Source of the DNA: a bacterium
GTDB lineage: Bacteria; Patescibacteriota; Patescibacteriia; 2-01-FULL-39-33
Direction of reading: 5' to 3'
NCBI GenBank assembly: GCA_029558735.1
Contig: JAKQDP010000047.1
Location: forward strand, 209 to 64,208
Length of the DNA: 64,000 bases
Shown: piece by piece, positions 48,765 to 57,060 of the stretch
Layout: each line of letters starts with the position of its first letter
Position numbering within the stretch: position 1 is the stretch's first letter
Notes under the pieces: generated by a model
The model's database searches: none
The model's input: only the letters and a program-made list of their open reading frames with translations
What the model was told of the DNA's origin: nothing
Position numbers and translations under genes: made by a program

Positions 48765-49049
48765 TTTATTTTTTGTAATGTGCTATAAAATCCCAACAAG
48801 TTATATCTCGCCTCAAACACCTCCTCCTCTTTTAAATCAAACGCCTCAACGAGTCCTTTTCGTTCAAGCTCATCTATTTTATTGTCCATAAACCATAAAA
48901 TCTCCGCAAATACGCAGAGACTTTATGAGACAATACCATTTATTGTCATTTGGACAATTTTATGATATAATAAACTTGCAGTTAGTTTACGCATAAATCT
49001 TGCGTGAATTTGCACAAAAACCCCTGTTTCCGCAGGCGGTTTTTGCTTT

Positions 49050-49688
49050 TTATATTGTTATTGTTATTCCACATTCTTTTAATCGGTAGCTGGCGGATTG
49101 CTCGGATACTTGAAATTCATCAGCCAAAACCGAAATACTTTTTACTTCCTTAAATTTTTTAATAAAATAATCCTGTGGCATTAAATACATAGCCGTTGCC
49201 TTATCTGTTGATTTTTCAAATAATTTTAAAACAACTTCTGGGGGCAATGTTGAATTGCACAACAATTCGTCAAAATAATTCTGAAATCCAACATCAAGCG
49301 ACTGAATAAAATGCATTGTCTCGTGTATCTTAGTAAATCTTTGTCTTTTGAGCGGAGTCGCTATATCATAAAATATTGTTATCTCACCAGTTTCCTCATC
49401 TAACTCCCAATAACCATCTCTTGTCTCTAAAAAACCATTAAAACCTTGATAACTTATTGTATAACCAGATAAATAATTAACGATTAAATCCGTGTCCATT
49501 GGCAAGGAAATGCCATTTGGGGCGGTTTTTATTATATCGTTAATCAATCTTTTACTATAAGCAACTAATTTATTTAACTCCTGATAATATATACCTTTGC
49601 AATCCGCTGGTATTCCGTCATTATAAGACTGCCTAAGCCAATACAGATTGTCTATTACATTAGAGCTCTTTCTTGATATACTTAGCAT
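49050..49688 (-). CDS. ImmA/IrrE-family metallopeptidase
   Basis: HEXXH motif HETMHF. Overlaps the upstream XRE gene, an ImmR/ImmA-like arrangement. Confidence 0.7.
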   Translation of the reverse strand: MLSISRKSSNVIDNLYWLRQSYNDGIPADCKGIYYQELNKLVAYSKRLINDIIKTAPNGISLPMDTDLIVNYLSGYTISYQGFNGFLETRDGYWELDEETGEITIFYDIATPLKRQRFTKIHETMHFIQSLDVGFQNYFDELLCNSTLPPEVVLKLFEKSTDKATAMYLMPQDYFIKKFKEVKSISVLADEFQVSEQSASYRLKECGITITI

Positions 49689-50061
49689 ATTTCAAAACAT
49701 TATTTATCTGTTCTGGCGTATAGCCGTTGCTCCTTAATGCCTGACTTATCATCTGAAAACTTGGCTTGGCTTTATTATCTAATATTCCAAGCTCCTCCAA
49801 AAAATCTTTTAAAGTCATATCAAAGGCGTCTGCCAGTTTCTTACAAGTCATCAAAGAAAGAGATTTGAAATCACCCTCCTTTAATTTAAAGATAAAAGCA
49901 GGGGAAAGTTCCGACCTTTCTGCTAAATCACTCCAAGAGAGATTTGATTGTTGCCTTAGTTTTTCAATTGTGTTTACTATGTTTTTCATAGGTTTTTGTT
50001 TATATGGTAGATATATCACCCACCTACTATCCATTATATACCTTATTTTCACTTTTGTCAA
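49660..50061 (-). CDS. XRE-family HTH transcriptional regulator (ImmR-like)
   Basis: IEKLRQQSNLSWSDLAERSELSPAFIFKLKEG HTH_3 pattern. The start is probably the internal Met (MKNIV…). Confidence 0.7.
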   Translation of the reverse strand: MTKVKIRYIMDSRWVIYLPYKQKPMKNIVNTIEKLRQQSNLSWSDLAERSELSPAFIFKLKEGDFKSLSLMTCKKLADAFDMTLKDFLEELGILDNKAKPSFQMISQALRSNGYTPEQINNVLKYAKYIKKEL

Positions 50062-50189
50062 TAGTATTTTTCACGATAGTGAAATATTACCGCATAGCCA
50101 AAAAATAGTCAAGTTTTTTTAATTCAACGCCAAAACTACCGACTATCTCTACCCAGTTTAGAGTTCTAAAATCGTCCCGTAGCCCCCGC

Positions 50190-50232
50190 TTAAACAAAAT
50201 AGCCCGAATTTATTCCGGGCTATTTTGTTTAT
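50190..50232. terminator. Strong 15-bp perfect hairpin at the AT-rich / GC-rich boundary
   Basis: AAACAAAATAGCCCG-aatttattc-CGGGCTATTTTGTTT. Confidence 0.7.
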
Positions 50233-50348
50233 AGATGATTAAAACAAAGGGACTTGAACTTGCCTGCTGGAAAGCAGGCGGGTGGCTGATTTTGCAAATA
50301 AAAAACGGTATACCAATTTATCAAAAATTGATATACCGTGTACTCATA

Positions 50349-51163
50349 CTAGTTCATCAGCCGATCCAGCGCCCAGCACCAATCCTTGACGCCGCCGGTG
50401 GTGAGTTGGGCATGCAATAATAGCGCCTTCTTGCCATTGATAATCATCGCCTCATTGGCATAATAATCAAAGGCAGCGCTAAAGGGATCTTGATGATGAT
50501 TAAGATCAGTCACCACCGCGGCATGAGCCCCGTGCTGGCAAGCTTCCAAAAGCAAGAACAGCCCATAGGGTATGTCCAGGCCGATATGCTTGGCGATCCC
50601 AGCTTCGCCCAGAGCGCCATCAGTGGCGACCGGCAAATGCAAATCAAGCAGGGCGTAAGCAAACTGACGCTCCCTTAACGCCAGCCGCGCCTGATCAAAC
50701 CCTTCGGCCACGACCAGATTGAAATTGCCCAGTTGATTCTTGGCCGCTTGCTGATTCTCTGGCTTGTCATCGACCACAAGGATCCAGGGCAGGCCCGGCT
50801 TTTCCGCTGAGACGGCCGATTCCACCACCGAAATCGCAACCTCAGTCTCTTCCTCCAGTTTGATTCCGGAAGAAATCCGCAACAATTCCACCAGACAATC
50901 ACTGATATCCACCTTAACAAAATTCGGCAAATCCGGCAGACTTGTTTCTGCCGGCTGGCCATAATCCAAAAGAACATACTGTTTGTCTTCGCGGTATTTT
51001 TCCGCTAATTTTTGACCTTATCAATAATAATCAAATCAGCTTCCTGAAAATCCGCCACCACTTCCGCTTCCGCCAACAAAACGGTCAGTACTGTCTGGAG
51101 TGCCACATTCACCGGCTGATTTGGTTTTTCGCCGCAATCAGTATAGATTCGCAATTTTCTCAT
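50349..51163 (-). pseudogene. Response-regulator receiver (REC) domain protein apparently split by a 1-nt frameshift in a T-run (50997-51001). Parts: 51005..51163 (N-terminal, REC-like) and 50349..50969 (REC plus C-terminal domain).
   Basis: The upstream part (MRKLRIY…AEAEVVADFQEADLIIIDKVKN*, SD AAAGGAG 8 nt before the ATG) stops at 51005. The downstream frame is open from 51017 and continues …KLAEKYREDKQYVLLDYGQPAE…LPWILVVDDKPENQ…ALLDLHLP. The two frames are offset by 1 at the T5 run. Confidence 0.45.
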
Positions 51164-51325
51164 TTTAAAGAGCTCCTTTTGTTGTTTAACCAATCTTCTA
51201 AATAAAAACCATAGCAAAAAACAATTATTTTGTCAATAATTTTATCCAAATAAAAAACCGCCCCAAAGCTTAATTCGCTCTGGGGCGTCAGTCAATATTT
51301 TGGGCAATTAGTCCCGAAGTGCCGG

Positions 51326-52177
51326 CTAAGCGACGGCTTCTTTAGAAGAGACGCTGTCAGTAATGTTAAGTGCCGACTGAATCATCTTGACGCCCTGTTC
51401 AAACAAGGCGCTGTCAATAAACGGCTGGTCATCATCAACCAATTCTTCCTGACGTCTGACCACCAAATCATCAGCGACCGTTTTCGGCCGAAGCGCCAAG
51501 TCCTTGATTAACTGACAGACATTTTTGGAACCGATAATCGTCTCGATCTCCTGTTCAATCGATTCTACTGCCTGCTCCTGCCGAGCCAATTCAGCCAGTC
51601 GGCTGATTAGTTCAGCCAGGCGCTGGTCGATGAACTGGCGATAATCAATGCCGCTACCCGACATCATCACTGCCAAGGCAACATGGATATCGCCAACATT
51701 AAGCCGCTTCTCCACTTCTTCCGGATTCTCCGAGCCTCGCAGCAGTAAATTGTGCTTGCGAAAAGCGCGATCAGCAATAACCGCCGCCGCATGAACTCGG
51801 CCACTAAACCGCTCCTTCAATTGAGCAACCTGATAAATGCTGGCATCCGCCACCAATAGATCCGCATCGGCCACATCAAAGGCATTGGCGGTGTAGCCGT
51901 AGCGACTGCCATTGCTCTCCAATACATAATGGGCAAAAATATCGCCACTAGCCAACCCTTGATCAAATTCCTCGGGGCTGATGCATTTCTTGGTGACTTC
52001 CACCACCCCTGGCCGACCGGGTCGGTCAGTGGTCTTGACCACGATTTTCACATTCAGATTGTCACGGCCAAGGCGCCGGCACACTTCGCGAAGCGCCTGC
52101 TCCTCCAAAATTTTGTCCAAGAGATAATCTCGGCCGGTGGCCGAAGCGCCGGGAATCAGAAGAATTGGTTTTTCCAT
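51326..52177 (-). CDS. Guanylate-kinase-like protein with a degenerate P-loop (GASATGRD) and a C-terminal coiled coil
   Basis: Alignable to Gmk: TTDRPGRPG ~ TTRQPRPGE; CISPEEF ~ FVNHDEF; GSRYGYT ~ GNYYGT; LLLRGSENPEEVEKRL ~ RLRGRGQDSEEVIAKRM. The Walker A Lys/Ser is replaced (GxSxTGRD). Confidence 0.6.
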   Translation of the reverse strand: MEKPILLIPGASATGRDYLLDKILEEQALREVCRRLGRDNLNVKIVVKTTDRPGRPGVVEVTKKCISPEEFDQGLASGDIFAHYVLESNGSRYGYTANAFDVADADLLVADASIYQVAQLKERFSGRVHAAAVIADRAFRKHNLLLRGSENPEEVEKRLNVGDIHVALAVMMSGSGIDYRQFIDQRLAELISRLAELARQEQAVESIEQEIETIIGSKNVCQLIKDLALRPKTVADDLVVRRQEELVDDDQPFIDSALFEQGVKMIQSALNITDSVSSKEAVA

Positions 52178-52327
52178 GATACTTGTTCCTTATTGTTTAT
52201 TCCGCCACCCACCTTGATTGGCAGATTAAATGATTGTAACAAAATAATTACTGAAGGTCAACCAAATAACTTGTTAATTTTAAAAGCCGCGAAAAAATAA
52301 CTTCTCGCGGCTAAGTCACCTTGCTCC

Positions 52328-52639
52328 TTAATCTATTGGCAGATCATTATTATCAGCCAATTTAACAACCAACAGATCAGTCAGCAACTCCAAAACGGCC
52401 CAAACCTGTTCCGCCACTGGAGTGGCCGTGATCGGCTTACCGGTTTTTTTGTCGGTAATCCAAATGGCCTGTCGACTGTTTTTATGAAAAATATTCTTGG
52501 CCGAACCCACCGCCTCAAATCCATTCTGATTAATCAAAAACAGCCAGGCGATGTCATAGGTAACCGGCCCAATCAATTGATTAAACACCTCTCGACCGCC
52601 AGTCTCCCCCCACATTCGAATCATATAAAAGTCGCTCAT
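52328..52639 (-). CDS. Roadblock/LC7-like small protein (about 103 aa from the Met at 52639)
   Basis: SD AGGAGG precedes the ATG at 52637-52639. AWLFLINQNGFEAVGSAKN resembles the roadblock core (cf. MglB VFLVDKNGQLISSAGQT). Confidence 0.5.
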   Translation of the reverse strand: MSDFYMIRMWGETGGREVFNQLIGPVTYDIAWLFLINQNGFEAVGSAKNIFHKNSRQAIWITDKKTGKPITATPVAEQVWAVLELLTDLLVVKLADNNDLPID

Positions 52640-52852
52640 TTTTCTCCTCCTATCGGCCCCATTGCCGATATCATAATTTAACAGATAAAAGGTCACCGGT
52701 CAATCCTTCCCGTCGCCTCTGCAAAAAATCGCTTTTTTTGTTATAATCAAGAAAGCCCAAACCAAGCAATGCCAGCCGACCAAAACCGCCTTAAATATTA
52801 ATTAGCGAATTGGCGGCTCTCAGTCAAAACCTAACAACTTAAATAATTAGCT

Positions 52853-53695
52853 ATGAAAAAAAATTATCTCTGGCTGGGACCAATCATAGTTTTAGCCCTC
52901 GCGCTCGCAATTATTATTTTCCTGCGTCTTACCTCACCCGAAGATACTTGGCTGTGCCAAGACGGCCAATGGGTCAAGCACGGCCAACCGACCGAAGCAG
53001 CACCGGCAACCGGCTGCGGTGATATCGCCGATCGCGACCTGACTAATGACGACTCAGCTGAACGCTGTCTTAACGGCGGCGGCGACTGGCTGGCTGATTA
53101 CCAGGAATGCGAAAATATTTCCCGAGATTTATGCGAAGAATTGGACGGCCGCTTTAATGATTGCGCCTCGGCCTGCCGCCACAACCCCGAAGCTGAATTC
53201 TGCACTATGCAATGCGTAGCGATTTGCCAGCTTAGCTCCACCAACACAAATATTAATAGCTTCGCTGCTTGCGTCCAGGCCGGTAATCCGGTTCAAGAAA
53301 GTTACCCGCGTCAATGCCAGGCCGGCAACCAGACTTTTATCGAGAATATTGGCAATGAATTGGATAAATCAGATCTTATCCGGTTGGACTCGCCCCGTCC
53401 CAACCAAATGATCAATAGCCCGCTTACCATCACCGGTCAAGCGCGCGGGTCATGGTTTTTTGAAGCGTCATTCCCAGTCATTCTGACCGACTGGGATGGT
53501 AAAATCATCGCTCAAACCATAGCCACCGCCCAAGGCGACTGGATGACTGAAGATTTTGTCCCTTTTAGCGCCACTGTGGAATTTGACCGGCCGGCTGCTG
53601 GTCAAAACGGCAGTCTAATTCTCCAAAAAGACAATCCCTCCGGCCTGTCCGAATATGACGACGCCCTGGAAGTCCCGGTCTTATTTGCGGAATAA
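52853..53695 (+). CDS. Secreted Cys-rich protein with a C-terminal Gmad2-like immunoglobulin-like domain
   Basis: N-terminal signal/TM, many Cys residues, and a C-terminus (SPLTITGQARGSWFFEASFPVILTDWDGKIIAQ…DWMTEDFVPFSATVEF) that is Gmad2-like. Confidence 0.6.
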   Translation: MKKNYLWLGPIIVLALALAIIIFLRLTSPEDTWLCQDGQWVKHGQPTEAAPATGCGDIADRDLTNDDSAERCLNGGGDWLADYQECENISRDLCEELDGRFNDCASACRHNPEAEFCTMQCVAICQLSSTNTNINSFAACVQAGNPVQESYPRQCQAGNQTFIENIGNELDKSDLIRLDSPRPNQMINSPLTITGQARGSWFFEASFPVILTDWDGKIIAQTIATAQGDWMTEDFVPFSATVEFDRPAAGQNGSLILQKDNPSGLSEYDDALEVPVLFAE

Positions 53696-53734
53696 AAATA
53701 ATCCGCTTGAAAATAAATAAAAAACCGCGGCAAC

Positions 53735-53768
53735 AAAAAAATAAAAAAGGCTCGACCGCTGTCGAGCC
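53735..53768 (-). terminator. Minus-strand rho-independent terminator
   Basis: GGCTCGAC-cgct-GTCGAGCC stem with the T-run on the minus strand (the A-run at 53735-53748 on the plus strand). Confidence 0.6.
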
Positions 53769-53786
53769 CAAACGATAATGAGAATA

Positions 53787-53996
53787 CTAGTTGCCCCGAT
53801 AGGTGGGGCGATGACCAGAGCGCCTTCTGGTTATTCCCGGAGAACTTTCCTCATCCCCTTCGTCCACTGCCATCGGCCGACCAATTTCTTCGACGCCACG
53901 ACGCCGCAACGCTCGACAGAATTTGAAGGCCGAATCTTTGTCCGCCAAATGCTTGACCCGCTGTTCTCCGTTCTCACAGAAGGGTACTGCTACCAT
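53787..53996 (-). CDS. Hypothetical small protein (69 aa) in a GC-rich spacer
   Basis: ATG at 53994-53996 preceded by SD AAGGAG (8-nt spacer): MVAVPFCENGEQRVKHLADKDSAFKFCRALRRRGVEEIGRPMAVDEGDEESSPGITRRRSGHRPTYRGN. A minus-strand terminator lies just downstream. Confidence 0.4.
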   Translation of the reverse strand: MVAVPFCENGEQRVKHLADKDSAFKFCRALRRRGVEEIGRPMAVDEGDEESSPGITRRRSGHRPTYRGN

Positions 53997-54153
53997 AGTC
54001 CCTGCTCCTTCGCTTGTTTTTTCCCACCAACCTCTTAATCTTCCCAGTTGATCGGAATTCCAAACGGCGGAGCGCGTTCCCCTAATGGTTTCAATGAACC
54101 TCCTCCCTAAGTACAACACCTAAAAATAAGTCTAACACAAAAACCGTCAAAAG

Positions 54154-54190
54154 TCAAAAAAACCGTCCCGAATACTCGGGCCGGGTTTTT
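54154..54190. terminator. Bidirectional terminator (serves ppsA on the minus strand)
   Basis: A7 run, CCGTCCCGA-atac-TCGGGCCGG hairpin, T5 run. Confidence 0.75.
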
Positions 54191-54212
54191 AACTTTATAG
54201 ACTTTTGACTTA

Positions 54213-56603
54213 TTATTTATATTTTCTCCTTCCCTTCACCTTCTTCTCCTGAGTCAAAACCGCCAAAGTGGTTTTAACCACCGTATCAGGCACAAGAGAC
54301 ATGCTGTCTATACCCTCGCGCACCAAAAACTGGGCAAAATCAGGAAAGTCCGACGGCGCTTGACCACAAATGCCGATTTTGCGTTTTTTCTTTTTGGCCA
54401 CCTTGATGACTTGGGCGATTAAATTTTTGACCGCCTGATTTTTTTCATTATAAATATGAGCGACCAATTCCGAATCCCTGTCCACCCCCAACGCCAACTG
54501 GGTCAGATCGTTAGAGCCGATGGAAAAGCCGTCAAAAATTTCAGCAAACTGCTCGGCCAGAATGACATTGGCTGGAATTTCGCACATCACATACACTTCC
54601 AACCCCTCTTTGCCCCGTTTCAAGCCATGTTGTTCCATTATTTTTATCACTCGCTTGCCTTCTTCAATAGTTCGGCAAAAGGGAATCATAATTTTAATAT
54701 TCTTCAAGCCGAATTCCTCGCGCGCCTTTTTGAGCGCCTGGCACTCCAATTCAAACGCCGCTTTGTATTTATCGGCATAATAACGCGAAGCACCGCGCCA
54801 GCCGATCATCGGATTGGGCTCTAATGGCTCAAACTCATCGCCGCCGATCAAATTAGCGTATTCATTAGACTTAAAATCAGACAAGCGAATAATAACCTCC
54901 TTGGGATAAAAAGCGGCGGCAATCATGCCCACCCCCTCAGCCAATTTATCAACGAAAAAATCCGGCTTATTCTGGTGATTAACTGTCAGCCATTCTATTT
55001 TTCTCTTGGTTGTCGCTTTCTTGATTTTGGCAAAATTAATCAATGATAATGGATGGACTTGGATATAATTGGAAATAATAAATTCTTCGCGAGCCAGCCC
55101 CACGCCGTCATTAGGAATAAAAGTAAAGGACAAGGCGGCATAGGGATTGCCAACATTCATCATAATCTTAGTTTTCGGTCGGGGCAATTTTTTCAGATTG
55201 GTTTTCTTGATGCTGTATTTTAATAGCCCGCCATACACTTTGCCGATTTCACCTTCGGCGCAAGACACCGTCAGCTCTTTGCCGTTTTTTAGTTCCTTAC
55301 TGGCCCGACCGGTGCCGACCACGCAAGGTACGCCCAGTTCGCGTGACACTATGGCGGCATGACACGTTCTCCCTCCGCTGTCGGTAATAATGGCCGCCGC
55401 TTTTTTCATCACCGGCTCCCAATCCGGATCAGTCATTGGCGCCACCAATACCTCACCCTCTTTAAAAGTCTTGAGCTGATTGACATTTTTGATTACTCGC
55501 GCCTTGCCTTGGCCGATTTTCATCCCGACACTATCGCCAACAAACAACACCTTGCCGCCGGCAGCAATTTTGTACTCCTCCAGTACATTCAGATTTCTCT
55601 GCGAGCCGACTGTCTCCGGCCGCGCCTGAACAATGAACAATTTGTTTGTTCGGCCATCTTTAGCCCATTCAATATCCATCGGCCGTTTATAATGCTTTTC
55701 AATAATCATCGCCCACTTGGCCAATTGGAGTATTTCTTTATCGGACAGAGCATACCGACGCCGCAATTTTTTATCCACCAGCACCGATTTGGTCGGCTCC
55801 CCGGCCTTGTTGTTGTAAATTAGCTTCTTAATTTTGTCCCCGGCTTGACGAGAAATAATCGGCCGGTAACCGGTGGCCAAAGTTTTTTTGAAAACATAAT
55901 ATTCATCCGGGTTGACTACTCCCTTGACCACATATTCGCCTAGACCATAAGCGGCGTTAATCAGTATCACATTGTCATTGCCGCTTTCCGTATCAATAGT
56001 AAACATCACCCCCGAAGTGGCCAAATCCGACCGAATCATTTTTTGGACGCAAACCGACAGATAAACTTTCTTATGATTGAACCCCTGATCCATCCGATAC
56101 GATATCGCCCGATCAGTAAACAGCGAAGCAAAACATTTCTTAACCGCCGCTAACAGCTCCTCTCCCCCGACAACATTAAGATAAGATTCCTGTTGGCCGG
56201 CAAATGAAGCGTTGGGCAAATCCTCAGCCGTCGCCGAAGATCGCACCGCCACGTCAGTATTTTGGGTTTTATAATTGACAGATAATTTCTTATAGGCAGT
56301 GATAATCTGTTCTTGAAGATCGTCTGGCAACTCAGCCGCTAAAATAAGCTGGCGAATTTTGGAGCCGCGGTCACTCAAGTTATCCTTATTAATCCCCTTT
56401 AGTAAAGCAAAAATCGCCGGCCGAATTTTTGCCCGGTCCAAAAAATAATTGTAAGCGCCGGCGGTAATGGCAAAGCCATTGGGCAAGGCTACGCCCTTAA
56501 TCGTCAACCGGCGATACATTTCGCCCAAAGAAGCGTTCTTGCCGCCGACCCTAGGGACATCCTGAATGCCAATTTCTTTGAACCAAAGAATATTTTTGGA
56601 CAT
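54213..56603 (-). CDS. ppsA: Phosphoenolpyruvate synthase (pyruvate, water dikinase)
   Basis: N-terminus IQDVPRVGGKNASLGEM, a phospho-His domain and a PEP-utilising C-terminus; 796 aa. Confidence 0.92.
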   Translation of the reverse strand: MSKNILWFKEIGIQDVPRVGGKNASLGEMYRRLTIKGVALPNGFAITAGAYNYFLDRAKIRPAIFALLKGINKDNLSDRGSKIRQLILAAELPDDLQEQIITAYKKLSVNYKTQNTDVAVRSSATAEDLPNASFAGQQESYLNVVGGEELLAAVKKCFASLFTDRAISYRMDQGFNHKKVYLSVCVQKMIRSDLATSGVMFTIDTESGNDNVILINAAYGLGEYVVKGVVNPDEYYVFKKTLATGYRPIISRQAGDKIKKLIYNNKAGEPTKSVLVDKKLRRRYALSDKEILQLAKWAMIIEKHYKRPMDIEWAKDGRTNKLFIVQARPETVGSQRNLNVLEEYKIAAGGKVLFVGDSVGMKIGQGKARVIKNVNQLKTFKEGEVLVAPMTDPDWEPVMKKAAAIITDSGGRTCHAAIVSRELGVPCVVGTGRASKELKNGKELTVSCAEGEIGKVYGGLLKYSIKKTNLKKLPRPKTKIMMNVGNPYAALSFTFIPNDGVGLAREEFIISNYIQVHPLSLINFAKIKKATTKRKIEWLTVNHQNKPDFFVDKLAEGVGMIAAAFYPKEVIIRLSDFKSNEYANLIGGDEFEPLEPNPMIGWRGASRYYADKYKAAFELECQALKKAREEFGLKNIKIMIPFCRTIEEGKRVIKIMEQHGLKRGKEGLEVYVMCEIPANVILAEQFAEIFDGFSIGSNDLTQLALGVDRDSELVAHIYNEKNQAVKNLIAQVIKVAKKKKRKIGICGQAPSDFPDFAQFLVREGIDSMSLVPDTVVKTTLAVLTQEKKVKGRRKYK

Positions 56604-56654
56604 ATTTTTGATGATTAGCTTTTTGGTTATTTAGCTGCTTAGCTTATTAGAGAA

Positions 56655-57017
56655 TTACAAAGTGTTAATTATTTTATTTAACAACCTCATTACCTCATTT
56701 AATAAATCGTCAACAATTTTAAAATCCAAATCAACACTAAACTGCAAACGCCTGATAATTTCAATCTGTGTTTCCAGCTCTGCTCCGGATGAATAAGCGA
56801 TAAATAAAAAATGACGAAATTCGTTTTTACCGCATCTTCTCCTACCTTCGGCTATATTGGAAGGAATCGATACAGCCGAGCGCCGCATTTGAGAAGTCAA
56901 GTTATAAGTTTCCGATGAAGGAAATTTTTCGGTTATATTATAAATAGCAATCACTAAGTCCATGGCTTTCTGCCAAACAATCAAATCTTTGTAGCTATTA
57001 ATCATATTCCTATACAA
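56655..57017 (-). CDS. Four-helix-bundle protein (23S rRNA intervening-sequence protein family)
   Basis: DLIVWQKAMDLV…SQMRRSAVSIPSNIAEG… is the characteristic sequence. Confidence 0.75.
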   Translation of the reverse strand: MYRNMINSYKDLIVWQKAMDLVIAIYNITEKFPSSETYNLTSQMRRSAVSIPSNIAEGRRRCGKNEFRHFLFIAYSSGAELETQIEIIRRLQFSVDLDFKIVDDLLNEVMRLLNKIINTL

Positions 57018-57056
57018 ACAAACTAAGTAGCTAACAAACTAAGTAGCTAACAAGCT
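57018..57056. repeat. Short tandem repeat (AAACTAAGTAGCTAACA x2 plus a partial copy)
   Basis: Visible direct repetition in the ppsA-pyk spacer region. Confidence 0.6.
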
Positions 57057-57060
57057 AACT

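Larger units (their letters stand above)
41530..50232. mobile_element. AT-rich integrative element (about 8.7 kb) inserted at tRNA-Asp. It carries a large serine recombinase, an excisionase-type HTH, an XRE/ImmA-like pair, a BcgI-like R-M pair and three unknown cargo genes.
   Basis: GC drops to about 27-32% versus about 40% in flanking DNA. The recombinase ORF runs antisense into the tRNA 3' end. All genes are co-oriented and tightly packed. The element ends at a 15-bp perfect hairpin at 50192-50230, where GC rises abruptly to about 60%. Confidence 0.65.

Noticed and set aside
50236-50300. A minus-strand tRNA or attR copy (GGGACTTGAAC matches the reverse complement of the tRNA-Asp T-loop)
   Set aside because: It is only an 11-nt inverted match, not a direct one. 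No acceptor or T-stem pairing can be drawn. It is probably coincidental or a fragment.
53778-54119. The track's 110-aa (minus) and 86-aa (plus) ORFs in the GC-rich spacer
   Set aside because: They are mutually overlapping with no SD for the long forms. Only the internal 69-aa minus-strand ORF with a canonical SD and terminator is retained, at low confidence.
54456-55823. Plus-strand ORFs inside ppsA, and similar antisense ORFs inside pyk (57223..58566), topA, der and glyQS
   Set aside because: They are antisense to, or out of frame with, clearly conserved long genes.
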